A stretch of 31,797 nucleotides of DNA from a virus. Made by a program: the position numbers and the translations under genes. Below are positions 15,607 through 24,432 of this stretch, in pieces (position 1 is the stretch's first letter; the number at the start of each line of letters is the position of its first letter). The DNA lies in IMG/VR virus record IMGVR_UViG_3300045988_073059, positions 1-31,797 of that record; one strand, written 5' to 3'. The notes below the pieces were generated by a model. That model did not search any database, was not told the DNA's origin, and saw only the letters and a list, made by a program, of their open reading frames with translations.

Positions 15607-16125
15607 CTATACAGCCTTAGTAAAAGCTGCAGTGTCATAGTTGAAGGTGCCGTACTCGTACTCGTCGGTGATTGCGACCTTAAAGGCAATCTTGATAGGC
15701 GCAATATCAGAGCCAGAGAATAGCGAAACATTCAGCGTTGCCTTTGCGTGCTTAGCAACAAGCGCGGTCTTCTCGCAAGCCTTACCTGCCTTGAAGTCAT
15801 AACCGCAAGTGCGAACATACTCAACAGGTACGTCTAGAACATCCTCATAGCTTGCAAGAATCTTCTGGATTCCTCCAGGACCCATTGCGTCAACCTCAAA
15901 ACTGAAGGTGTCAGTCTTGCCTAGGTTGTACTTAGGCTGGGTCTTACGATCAATGTAAGTTGGCTCATAAGACTTAGCTTCACGCTCTGGGTCTGCTTTG
16001 GTAGTCTCAGTAACACGGATGAAGTTAGTCTGTCCAGGAAACTTAATCCAGTGCTGAATCTCGTAAATAGAAACAGGTGTGCGCTGCGTCTCTGTTGGCT
16101 GTACGACAACTGGTGATTCTGGCAT
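15607..16125 (-). CDS. Major tail protein
   Basis: It is 172 aa, lies between the tail terminator and the chaperones, and is followed by a terminator. The call rests on position and size. Confidence 0.7.
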   Translation of the reverse strand: MPESPVVVQPTETQRTPVSIYEIQHWIKFPGQTNFIRVTETTKADPEREAKSYEPTYIDRKTQPKYNLGKTDTFSFEVDAMGPGGIQKILASYEDVLDVPVEYVRTCGYDFKAGKACEKTALVAKHAKATLNVSLFSGSDIAPIKIAFKVAITDEYEYGTFNYDTAAFTKAV

Positions 16126-16147
16126 AATGCCGTCCTTTCTTTAAGGG

Positions 16148-16543
16148 TTAAACCCTGTACTTAATTTGGGCGATAAGCTGGTAGGTTGCGACTCCATCCT
16201 CACCGACACTGAAGGGAGATGGCAGTGTGGTGACATCGTGAGCGTAAACAACAACACCCTCTGGTGCACCACCGTCTTCGATGGCAGCTTGGACTTTACG
16301 CAGCATGGCAAGACCGTCAATGCGCTCCTGCTCGTCTAGCGGGCGTGTCTGCAGATATACCTCGTAAGGGAACTGCTTAATACCGCCACCAGAACAATAA
16401 TGAAGTACCCATGGCTCACCTGGAGCAGCCTTAAGCATTGCTTGTGCAGCTCCAGTACCGTTGGGAAACTGACCATATTCAACAGGAATACCTGTGAGAA
16501 TGTCTTTTAGCCAGTCAGTAACGCTTTGAGCGATGTCTACCAT
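16148..16543 (-). CDS. Tail completion / terminator protein
   Basis: I moved the start to ATG 16543, which follows GGAGGGG and forms an ATGgTAG overlap with the upstream stop. The call rests on position. Confidence 0.5.
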   Translation of the reverse strand: MVDIAQSVTDWLKDILTGIPVEYGQFPNGTGAAQAMLKAAPGEPWVLHYCSGGGIKQFPYEVYLQTRPLDEQERIDGLAMLRKVQAAIEDGGAPEGVVVYAHDVTTLPSPFSVGEDGVATYQLIAQIKYRV

Positions 16544-16920
16544 GCCCCTCCAACTTTCTCTCCAAGAACTTTTGCGAACATTTGCTGCCATGCATTACCT
16601 CTAACACCTGCACAACGGTCATACCAATGGTCACAGGCATTAGGAGCGTGCAAGGCATTCTGAAGCGTGTTGTGGTTGTGCGTTGAGTAGTACTGAACAC
16701 GTGCATAAGCTGCTGCGTCTCCTGCGCCCCATTCAACATAAGCAGCACTGCCAGTCTGACGGGTAGTGCCAGAGCCTTGCAGGGCTCCTGAGTCATAAGG
16801 AACGTAAGTCTTACAGTCAGCTAGAACGTTTTCAGCAACGATGCCAAGGGCAGCTTCTACAGCGTTTGAGACCTTGTCTTTGCAACGCTCAACATCAACG
16901 TCAACCACACGCATTCTCAT
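16537..16920 (-). CDS. HK97 gp10-like head-tail joining protein
   Basis: The motif CKTYVPYDSGALQGSG resembles the gp10-family ..vP.dTG.L..S signature. It has an ATGA overlap with the upstream gene. Confidence 0.6.
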   Translation of the reverse strand: MRMRVVDVDVERCKDKVSNAVEAALGIVAENVLADCKTYVPYDSGALQGSGTTRQTGSAAYVEWGAGDAAAYARVQYYSTHNHNTLQNALHAPNACDHWYDRCAGVRGNAWQQMFAKVLGEKVGGAW

Positions 16921-17216
16921 CTGGCTTCTACCTCCACATGATGTGTCTCGTGATGAGTGGAATAAGGGTTTACAGAGCGCACCATACGCGCTTCTGATAC
17001 TGGTTTCTCCTCAGAGCTAATGCCACGAATAACGAAGTCACCAGCCTTGAGACCCGGGTCTCTGAAGAACCACACCTTAAGCACGTTGGCGTTCTGTGGT
17101 CCTACGGTTGAAGCGGTATTAGCGAGCTTCTCTTCAACGTGTACGCCTTGATAGATAGATCGCGTAAACCCTTTATCCTGCTTGTGCCAGACGGTGACAG
17201 TATCCCAGGCAATCAT
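16917..17216 (-). CDS. Head closure / head-tail adaptor protein
   Basis: I moved the start to ATG 17216. The GGAGGGG RBS is what the track read as codons after a TTG at 17231. It has an ATGA overlap with the upstream stop. Confidence 0.5.
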   Translation of the reverse strand: MIAWDTVTVWHKQDKGFTRSIYQGVHVEEKLANTASTVGPQNANVLKVWFFRDPGLKAGDFVIRGISSEEKPVSEARMVRSVNPYSTHHETHHVEVEAR

Positions 17217-17548
17217 CGAATACCCCTCCAAAGAAGACCTGTGCCTACTAAGAAGGGATATACGCAGGAAAGGTCAGAGACGCTTGCTTGAGCGTCTGTG
17301 TAGGTGTAGGACACGCTACCGACGCTCTCGCTCTTAACCATTCCACGTGTGTCTTTGCCAGCTACTCTGTCGCATAGAGCGCAGAGGGCAAGAAGCCACT
17401 TCTCGCTGTACTTCTCAGGGACCTCTTCACCAGTCATCGAGACAAGCAGTGCTTGAGCCTTGACGAGGGGAGCATCTAGCTCACCCTCGCCAAGAGAGCC
17501 TTTATACGTGTTGCTGTAGAAGTCGTATGTAAGGCTTGGGGTTGCCAT
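17213..17548 (-). CDS. Head-tail connector protein (gp6/gp15-like)
   Basis: It is 111 aa and lies immediately after the capsid gene. The call rests on position. Confidence 0.55.
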   Translation of the reverse strand: MATPSLTYDFYSNTYKGSLGEGELDAPLVKAQALLVSMTGEEVPEKYSEKWLLALCALCDRVAGKDTRGMVKSESVGSVSYTYTDAQASVSDLSCVYPFLVGTGLLWRGIR

Positions 17549-18435
17549 TAAGCAGCCTTAGGCTTCAAGACACCAGCAGCCTTAGTTGCCTTAAGAGCAA
17601 CACCACAGACGAACTCAACATCAACGTTCTTGACAGCACCTGGAGTGGTCCAGTCAGGAAGTGCAACGGTGAATGCGTTGTCACCCTTGAGAGTGATACC
17701 GTGGAAGCCGTCCATGCCAAGGCAAGCAGCATAGATAGAGCCGTCGGTGATAGAGCCGTCACGGACCTCATGAATTGCAATGCCGTTGTAAGCCTTAACA
17801 ACATTGCCAGCGGTCTCCTTGGACTCAGTGCCAAGACCAACAACACGAAGCAGTGCGTTCAGCTTGGTGTACTGAGCTGCGCTCATCATGAGTACATCAG
17901 GGGTACGCATGAGGTTAGAGAGCATGGTGTCAAGCTCCTCAAGGTAAGCAAGAGCAGCTTCCTTAGTAGTGACCTTGACATCGGTCTTAGAGGTCATCTC
18001 AGTAGAGGTGGTCTTCAGAGCAGCTGCAAGACCGTCAAAGCCGTTTGCGTCCTTGGTAGGAGCAAAGATACTGGCGTTGAACTTGCGAGAGACTGCGTCC
18101 TTAGCCTGCTCCAGATACATCTCATAGAGGTCATCTGCAGCAGCCTTGGCAACACGATCCATCTGGAACGTAGAGCCAAGAATACCAAGGGTGGTAGTCT
18201 TCTTCTCAACAGTTGGCTCAGAGACAACTGGCTCAGCACCAAGTGCACGGAATGCTGCAGAAGATGGGGTCTTTACGCGCTTGTAGCCGTAGACCAAATC
18301 AGAGGTGCCAGAAGCATTCATGCAGTCATCAAAGGTGAGTGCACCGAGCAGATAGTTGTCGGTAACAAGCTCATTGATGAAGCCCTGTGTGAGCTTATCG
18401 CCAGAGTTAGTTGCAAGGGTAGCGAGATTAATCAT
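17548..18435 (-). CDS. Major capsid protein
   Basis: It is 295 aa and lies directly after the scaffold gene with a TAATG overlap. The call rests on composition and position. The long antisense ORF on the plus strand is a shadow of this gene. Confidence 0.85.
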   Translation of the reverse strand: MINLATLATNSGDKLTQGFINELVTDNYLLGALTFDDCMNASGTSDLVYGYKRVKTPSSAAFRALGAEPVVSEPTVEKKTTTLGILGSTFQMDRVAKAAADDLYEMYLEQAKDAVSRKFNASIFAPTKDANGFDGLAAALKTTSTEMTSKTDVKVTTKEAALAYLEELDTMLSNLMRTPDVLMMSAAQYTKLNALLRVVGLGTESKETAGNVVKAYNGIAIHEVRDGSITDGSIYAACLGMDGFHGITLKGDNAFTVALPDWTTPGAVKNVDVEFVCGVALKATKAAGVLKPKAA

Positions 18436-18968
18436 TAGTGTCCAAGTCCTTCCTTAATGTTGCGAGCAATGCCAGAAGAGCTGCCAGCGGGCTTGCCGGT
18501 AGTATTTACGCTCTTTGGCTCAGACTGGAAGAGATATGGCTTAGCTTCTTTAAGCTTAGAGACGTCACCCTCTAGAGCAGCAAGAGCAGCCCTACCAAGC
18601 TCCAAGTCAATGCAGCCAGCAGAAGTAAGCTTTGCTTCCACTTCTGCCTTCTCCTTGGCTTCCTGTGAGTCTTTGAGCTGCTTCTCAATGGCAGAGATAC
18701 GCTCATCAGAAGAAGCCATAGACTTCTTCGACTCTGCGAGTTCTGCTTCCAGCTCCTTGATACGCTTCTCACGATTAGCCAAGTCACGCTCTAGCTTGTG
18801 GGTGTTGACGTTTGCACTTGTGTCCTCGCTTGTAGCAGAGTCATGGGAAGATGCTTCCTCTTCTGCTGCTTGGTCCTGGGACTGGTTTTCCTGCGTAGAG
18901 TCTTGGGTGTCAGAGTCTTTCTTTTCCTCTGTGACCTCGTCTGGTGCAGGAGATCCATTACGATGCAT
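18435..18968 (-). CDS. Scaffolding protein (GP20-like)
   Basis: It has an acidic Ser/Glu-rich N-terminus, a coiled coil and the C-terminal motif KLKEAKPYLF. ATG 18968 follows AAAGGA; the track start at 18989 is TTG. Confidence 0.8.
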   Translation of the reverse strand: MHRNGSPAPDEVTEEKKDSDTQDSTQENQSQDQAAEEEASSHDSATSEDTSANVNTHKLERDLANREKRIKELEAELAESKKSMASSDERISAIEKQLKDSQEAKEKAEVEAKLTSAGCIDLELGRAALAALEGDVSKLKEAKPYLFQSEPKSVNTTGKPAGSSSGIARNIKEGLGH

Positions 18969-19040
18969 AGACCAAATCCTTTCAGTCAATCGCAGGTCCT
19001 TTTCCTGCGCTGAAAGAATTGTCTGTGAGTGTTAACAGCT

Positions 19041-19068
19041 AAAAGAAAACCCCGCTTGTAGCGGGGTT
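19041..19068 (-). terminator. Rho-independent terminator inside the head operon, after the 77-aa ORF
   Basis: The stem is AACCCCGC / GCGGGGTT (19048..19055 and 19061..19068) with a 5-nt loop. On the minus strand TTTTCTTTT follows it. Confidence 0.8.
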
Positions 19069-19073
19069 AGGAG

Positions 19074-19307
19074 TTACTTCATATGTAGCTTGGCGTATTC
19101 AAGAGCAAAGTCAGGTATCTGCTTTACACCAGCTCGATAGTTCAAAATGTCTTGGTCAGTTACTCCCATATCGCCAATATCATGTGCAGCATAACCCTGC
19201 TGTATTACTTCATTTGTGAGAGGGTCAATAAGATAAGCGGAAGTAACTGCATCTATTGGTAAAGATGCAAGGAAATCGCAAATCCTTTTCACTTCTTTAG
19301 CGTCCAT
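19074..19307 (-). CDS. Hypothetical 77-aa acidic protein; candidate immunity/partner protein of the MuF C-terminal domain
   Basis: The ATG directly follows the MuF stop (TAAATG), and a GGAGGG RBS lies inside the MuF 3' end. The composition is AT-rich. A terminator follows. Confidence 0.65.
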   Translation of the reverse strand: MDAKEVKRICDFLASLPIDAVTSAYLIDPLTNEVIQQGYAAHDIGDMGVTDQDILNYRAGVKQIPDFALEYAKLHMK

Positions 19308-20918
19308 TTAGCCCTCCGTTCTTGGTGAAAATTTAACCAGACTGTCTTCTCCGAACATTTTACCATTTTCTGTGAAGATATAGTATCTACCAGTAGACTC
19401 AATATATATTTCAGATGGTGGCGCATATACATCAACTTTAGTTAAATTTGCCAATTCTTGGGCAAAACAAGTTCCATCATAATTATTGCCAGTTGAACAG
19501 CACATAAGTTGGATGGGCTCACCGTTATGGTCCTTCCTGTTTTTAATAATTTTTGCAAGCATTTCAGCATCAATATTACTAATCTCATAAATTTGGATTG
19601 AGTGCGGTGTTCCATGCGCTCCAATCACATAACGCTCTCCATTTAAGCGATGACTAATTATCCTTGTTGAGTTTCTAAGAAGATTGTCATATGAGTTTGT
19701 TGTTGAAAAGAATATTGCGTCTTTAGATTGAACCGCTCTTTTAATGGCTTTGTATTTTTTACCCTTTTCCTTCCTTTGCCCACTTGATGCAGACAATGCC
19801 CTCAACGCTCTAGGTTGCTTGCTCACTGCCCAAGCACGCTCACGCTCATAGTCACGGCGCAGATGATTGTCATGCGTGAATTGGCGCAGCTTGTCTTGCA
19901 GCTCACCAAGTCTAATGCGCTGCTTTACTGCGTCTGCTCTTACCTCTTGAAGGTAAGAGATCTCTCTTTTTTGACTTCTAATGAGACGCTCATATCTGCG
20001 CTGTTTCTGCGTAGCTGCGTAGTACTCGTCACTTGTCATGCCTGTGATGCGCTCTTGCTCTGAGTAGTCCATGTCTGGAAGCTGTGAGTATCCAGGAACA
20101 TAAGGGGTCATGTAGTGGTAGCAGTTTGCGCCACATAGCCCTGTTACCGTGCCGTATCCGGTTGACTCAACGAGCGGTGGATACTCAGTACTCCTGCCAC
20201 TTCTTGAATATACCTTGCCTTGCCATTCAGCGTGGCTTGGGCGTGCTCCAAAGTGTGCATCAACAAAGACCAAGTCCCATTCCCACTCGTCCATACGCTG
20301 CATGAGTAGGCGGTTTCTCGCTTGGTTAGCCTGGGAAACAATGTGGCGTCTGAGAGCTGCGTCAATCGTTGTCTTAGTGCCACTGATGTAGTCAATCGTC
20401 TCTAGTCCAGAGTTGGCAAGCCTTGTAACGCCACGCTCCATAACTACTCGTGTTGGCTCTCCAGCTTGATGGCGTGCGATTGCTTCAGCGGTTACGTCAT
20501 ACCAGAGTGCTGCTTGGTCTTTAGCAAGAGCAATGTTTTGACGCTCAAGGACCTCATTCATGCCTTGCGCCGTCTGAGCAGCGATAATAGTTGCTAGATT
20601 GGTCATATGACGGCGTGAGCCCATTGCTCGTACAAACTGCCCCACAAGCGCATCATCAGTCTTTTTAAGCGCGGTCTTCAAGACTTCACGCGTCTGTTTG
20701 TCAATAGCTGGGCGGTACTTGTAGTAGATCGCGAGAGCTTCTTCGCGAGAGAGCCTAGAGAGACGCTCAAAGTCTGCAATCTCTCGACCTCTGATAACCG
20801 CGCCATTGGTGCGCACTACCTCATCAAGTAGGTTCAGAAAGAAGTAGGAGAGTTCCTGCACATAAGCAGACTGTGCGCCCCCTACGAGACGCACAGCGAT
20901 TTCTTCAGTCGGTTTCAC
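19308..20918 (-). CDS. SPP1 gp7 / Mu F-like head morphogenesis protein with an extra C-terminal domain of about 170 aa
   Basis: It has a GTG start. The MuF core contains VFVDAHFGARPSHAEWQGKVY, followed by the family-typical basic coiled coil ending at RDYERERAW (aa ~363). A non-family extension (aa ~364..536) then follows, with GAHG (H435) and LMCCSTG (C473/C474). Confidence 0.85.
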   Translation of the reverse strand: MKPTEEIAVRLVGGAQSAYVQELSYFFLNLLDEVVRTNGAVIRGREIADFERLSRLSREEALAIYYKYRPAIDKQTREVLKTALKKTDDALVGQFVRAMGSRRHMTNLATIIAAQTAQGMNEVLERQNIALAKDQAALWYDVTAEAIARHQAGEPTRVVMERGVTRLANSGLETIDYISGTKTTIDAALRRHIVSQANQARNRLLMQRMDEWEWDLVFVDAHFGARPSHAEWQGKVYSRSGRSTEYPPLVESTGYGTVTGLCGANCYHYMTPYVPGYSQLPDMDYSEQERITGMTSDEYYAATQKQRRYERLIRSQKREISYLQEVRADAVKQRIRLGELQDKLRQFTHDNHLRRDYERERAWAVSKQPRALRALSASSGQRKEKGKKYKAIKRAVQSKDAIFFSTTNSYDNLLRNSTRIISHRLNGERYVIGAHGTPHSIQIYEISNIDAEMLAKIIKNRKDHNGEPIQLMCCSTGNNYDGTCFAQELANLTKVDVYAPPSEIYIESTGRYYIFTENGKMFGEDSLVKFSPRTEG

Positions 20919-20920
20919 GG

Positions 20921-22306
20921 TTACTCACCAAGGTCTGCGTCAAGTGCGACACCGCCAGTCTCGCTGGTAAATGCCTTTGCGTCTTCCTCACTCATGCCTT
21001 GATACTTGACGAGGTACTTCCACTTAGGACAGAGACCGCGTGAAATGTCATCTTTCATCATGTCACGGTCTGCTTTGTCATCTGAAATAACCGAGTCATC
21101 CCACAGAATGTCAACAGGCACAGGCTCGTCTACCTTGTAGCCATTCATAGCACACTCTGCAGCAAACGCACCCTGGACAAGATCTCTTACCGAGTTCTCA
21201 ATGGAGTGCTCATGCTTTCTGATAGTTCTGATAAGCGTTGCATTAGTGCTTACAACCTCAGTTGCCGTCTTGAGTCCTTGTCCCAGCGTGAATGACCAAT
21301 ATCCCGCACCAAAGCCAGTTCTAAAGCCAAGAACAGCAAGAGCATTGTTGAACGCGGTAACCATGTCATCAATGTGCGTGTCAGGGTTGTAGACCGTCAT
21401 AGGAGACTCTGCGCTAATGCCGGCAGAGATTGGCGCAAACATAATCTGGTCCATAGTGTTTACAAACTTAGCTTCACCTTTGCTATCACGCACAATGGCT
21501 TGCTCATCTACAACCATCTTTGGCAGCGAGACCCTAACCTGCCAGTACATCTGGTTAAACGCTTCATCTACCAGTCTGCAGGAATCGCAGATATCTTCAA
21601 TGACAGATGCGCCCAGCGGTGTAAGCTCGTCATGAGCGTTGTACTTGGCTGGCTTAACAAGCGCATAGGTTGGCAGTGGCTGCTTGGTATCGACAAAGCC
21701 AGTAATTCCTTCAACCTCAACAGGGTTAATACGGTTCTGCGAATTAAAGAGCAGCGTCTCAATTACGTGAGACTGCGTCTCTTGATTGAAGTATCTAAGC
21801 TGCAGCTGGTCATACATCTTGGAGTTGACAGTTACCTTGGAGATGAATGCGCAGCCATTACCTAGAAGCGGAATAATCTGCCATGCCTTCATAGAGTCAA
21901 TGCTGGTCGAGACGTTGCCCTCGTATCCGTGGAAGTTTGCTACCCATGCACCAACACCGAGCGCAAAGACAGTGCTGATGAACTCTGCTTGCTCATCAAC
22001 AAAGTTAGGAATAGTGCGCTCTAACCAGTCATTTACCGCGTCTTCAGAACTTGAAAGTATTGTGCCTTCGTTCATGATCAGACTTGGAATCTCACTTGCA
22101 ACCATTGAAGCCGGACTGATTGAGAGCCTGTCATATGAGTCAGCACCATTGTTGATGATGTAAGGCTGCTTGTAGTACTCATTATCGTGCGTGAACCAGC
22201 CCCACCAGAGCTGCTGGAACTTGTCCATTGAGGTGTCCGGCGTAAATTTACGCTTCTTCAGATATCTGAGTGCCCAGTCTGGCTTTTGGATAGTAATCTT
22301 TGACAA
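20921..22306 (-). CDS. Portal protein (SPP1 gp6-like)
   Basis: It is 461 aa and lies between the large terminase and the MuF gene. The TTG start has a GAAGGGG RBS. Confidence 0.85.
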   Translation of the reverse strand: MSKITIQKPDWALRYLKKRKFTPDTSMDKFQQLWWGWFTHDNEYYKQPYIINNGADSYDRLSISPASMVASEIPSLIMNEGTILSSSEDAVNDWLERTIPNFVDEQAEFISTVFALGVGAWVANFHGYEGNVSTSIDSMKAWQIIPLLGNGCAFISKVTVNSKMYDQLQLRYFNQETQSHVIETLLFNSQNRINPVEVEGITGFVDTKQPLPTYALVKPAKYNAHDELTPLGASVIEDICDSCRLVDEAFNQMYWQVRVSLPKMVVDEQAIVRDSKGEAKFVNTMDQIMFAPISAGISAESPMTVYNPDTHIDDMVTAFNNALAVLGFRTGFGAGYWSFTLGQGLKTATEVVSTNATLIRTIRKHEHSIENSVRDLVQGAFAAECAMNGYKVDEPVPVDILWDDSVISDDKADRDMMKDDISRGLCPKWKYLVKYQGMSEEDAKAFTSETGGVALDADLGE

Positions 22307-22322
22307 GGTGAGACCCCTTCTC

Positions 22323-23999
22323 TTACGTCAAGCTTCTGTCATTGATAAGCGTCATACACGCATAACGCACAGCGTCGATAGTGTGGTTATCAGCGTCTGG
22401 CAACTGCCCTGTGAGCTGGTTGTCCTTTGTCATCACATATGAGTAATTGCTGAACTCACGCGCTGCAGTGGTGCAGCTGGAATCAATTACAATCTTTGCG
22501 CGATACTGCAGCCACTTAATCGAGTTATGGATGTTGTGCGCACCAGTCTTGAGTGCACCACGAGCGTTAATGCCATTAGCCTTAAAGTCAGCAATACTTT
22601 TTGGCTCTGCTGAGTCGCACCACACCGTGGCGTATGGCTCAGCGTCTTCAATAACGTCTTCACCGTCTTTGAGAGCGTTACCGAGCTTTTCGCTTACGAG
22701 CTCAGCGGTGTCTTGGTTAGAGAGTCCACACTTAACGAACTCATCCAGGATGTAGAGCGTGCGAGTCTTTGCGTCATAGGCAATCTTTACCCATGCAAAT
22801 GGATCCTGTGAGAATCCCCAGTCAACGCCGTAGTAGTGATACTCAAGCTTTTTGCGCTCTGCGTGCGTGATGCCTCTCACCTCAACGCGGGTAAAGACCT
22901 CAGAGCCAAAGCCAACCTGCTCGCCCAACCACTCATGACGATATGCTTCCTCGTCAAGCTCTTTGAGTGCTTCAGCGTCTTTTCGTACCTGTTCAGGTAT
23001 CCACTCATGAGGAACATCCAAGTAGCTTGACTCAATGACGCGCTCCGGGTGAGTCGAGAGCATCGTAGAGACGTGCTCATTTACCCAAGCATCACGAGAG
23101 CGTGGTGGGTTGTGGTCGAAGAAGCGGAAGTACACAGAGCCTTCCGGAGCGTCACGAGTGACAGACTGCATAACCGTTCTGAGTTCTCCCCAGCCATTGA
23201 ACTGGTCCACCTCTGAAAACCACTGGTAGGCGTAGTACGTGCCATTAGGTGCCTTGATTGCCTTGGTCTTCTGCGTATGGTCACCACCTCTGAAGGTAAT
23301 GACTTGACCAGTTGCAGGGCGTGTGAGCTTGTAAGGGCTCTTAGAAGGCTTCCATTCGTCACGGATGTTCAGCTTGTCAATCGCCCAGAGCATCTGCTCA
23401 AAGACACCGTCTCCGATATCCTTGCCAATCTTTGGCATGATGAATGCTGAGCGGTCCTTGTGCTCCATAAGACCTTGCATGATCTCTAGAGAGACAGTGG
23501 AACTTTTCAAAGAAAAACGCCCTCCTCTTAGCCACCATTCACCTCCCGCATCTTGTGCGATTGCACGATGCAGTGAGAGAAACGGTGGTGCTAAGAGAAG
23601 GGCGAAGTCTGCCACGAATGGCTTCTCTTCTTCTTCCACATCTTCTGGGATTGCGTCTAAAAGCGTCCTGCCAATGGAAGAGATAGCAGTGACTGCAGTC
23701 TGGTTCACGCCTGAGTCAGCAATAGACTCTTGCGCCATTGCGAACGTCTTACCCATGCCATTTAATACTTGAGCACGGGTGATGGTTACTTTCTTTGAAG
23801 CTCTCTCTTGGAGGTCTTGAAGCCTTGCCTTTATCTTGCTGTCTGCTTCAAGCCTGCAAGCAGCTTGGTCAACAGTATCTGGCTTCCACTTTGAACGGTG
23901 CGGATAAGCTTCAAGCATTGCCTGTCTCTGGCTTTTGCCAGCAACTCTTGCGAGCACATACTTCTCATGGTTTGCGTTTGTGAGTGGTTGCGTCTTCAA
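22323..23999 (-). CDS. terL: Terminase large subunit (PBSX/Terminase_3-like) with an N-terminal small-subunit-like (Terminase_2-type) domain
   Basis: TerL motifs are YYGVDWGFSQDPFAWV, VWCDSAEPKSIADF and DADNHTIDAVRYA. The Walker-A-like sequence is LRGGRFSLKSS at aa 157..167. The N-terminus LTNANHEKYVLARVAGKSQRQAMLEAY...TITRAQVL resembles P27-type TerS and is followed by the acidic linker PEDVEEEEKP. It has a TTG start. Confidence 0.85.
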   Translation of the reverse strand: MKTQPLTNANHEKYVLARVAGKSQRQAMLEAYPHRSKWKPDTVDQAACRLEADSKIKARLQDLQERASKKVTITRAQVLNGMGKTFAMAQESIADSGVNQTAVTAISSIGRTLLDAIPEDVEEEEKPFVADFALLLAPPFLSLHRAIAQDAGGEWWLRGGRFSLKSSTVSLEIMQGLMEHKDRSAFIMPKIGKDIGDGVFEQMLWAIDKLNIRDEWKPSKSPYKLTRPATGQVITFRGGDHTQKTKAIKAPNGTYYAYQWFSEVDQFNGWGELRTVMQSVTRDAPEGSVYFRFFDHNPPRSRDAWVNEHVSTMLSTHPERVIESSYLDVPHEWIPEQVRKDAEALKELDEEAYRHEWLGEQVGFGSEVFTRVEVRGITHAERKKLEYHYYGVDWGFSQDPFAWVKIAYDAKTRTLYILDEFVKCGLSNQDTAELVSEKLGNALKDGEDVIEDAEPYATVWCDSAEPKSIADFKANGINARGALKTGAHNIHNSIKWLQYRAKIVIDSSCTTAAREFSNYSYVMTKDNQLTGQLPDADNHTIDAVRYACMTLINDRSLT

Positions 24000-24432
24000 T
24001 GCGTCTGACCTTTGCTTTTCGCTCCTTCTTCCTCTTCATCTTAAAGGCAAGCTGACGCTCCAAATTCTGCTTGCGCTCAAGCTCTTGTGTGTGCTTTCTC
24101 AAGTACTCGCGCTCATCAAGCGCACACTCTTTGCAGAGCCCCCAACGCTTAGCATCCTCTGCATCAACCCACACAGGATGCTGCCCACACTTCTGGCACA
24201 AAGGCACAATGCCTTCTGTGCGATACCTCCCGTAGCGGTGGCGCACCATAGTGATTGCTTGCACCGAGTGCGTGGGAATAAGCTCATGGAGTTCCTTGGC
24301 AGTCATGGAGGGGTTTCGCCAAAGCGTCTCAAGCTCTGACCAAGTCCAGGACTGGTACGTTCGTCTCCCTCTTTTCTTAAATGATGAAAGAGATGAAACA
24401 TTTATTTCATCTCTACTCTTACGCTTGCTCAT
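23965..24432 (-). CDS. SANT/Myb-like plus Zn-ribbon protein with a basic coiled-coil tail
   Basis: I moved the start to ATG 24432, which follows AAGGGAGAAG. The sequence contains WTWSELETLWRNPSMTAKELHELIP and CQKCG...CKEC, followed by KMKRKKERKAKVRR. Its 3' end overlaps the terL start by 35 nt. Confidence 0.6.
   Translation of the reverse strand: MSKRKSRDEINVSSLSSFKKRGRRTYQSWTWSELETLWRNPSMTAKELHELIPTHSVQAITMVRHRYGRYRTEGIVPLCQKCGQHPVWVDAEDAKRWGLCKECALDEREYLRKHTQELERKQNLERQLAFKMKRKKERKAKVRRIEDATTHKRKP

Noticed and set aside
17536-18438. 300-aa plus-strand ORF
   Set aside because: It is exactly antisense to the major capsid gene. It has no RBS, and its Ser/Leu/Cys-rich composition is typical of a shadow ORF. 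The minus-strand gene fits the head-module synteny.
18457-19035. 192-aa plus-strand ORF
   Set aside because: It is antisense to the scaffold gene and its sequence is low-complexity and Ser-rich. It is a shadow ORF.
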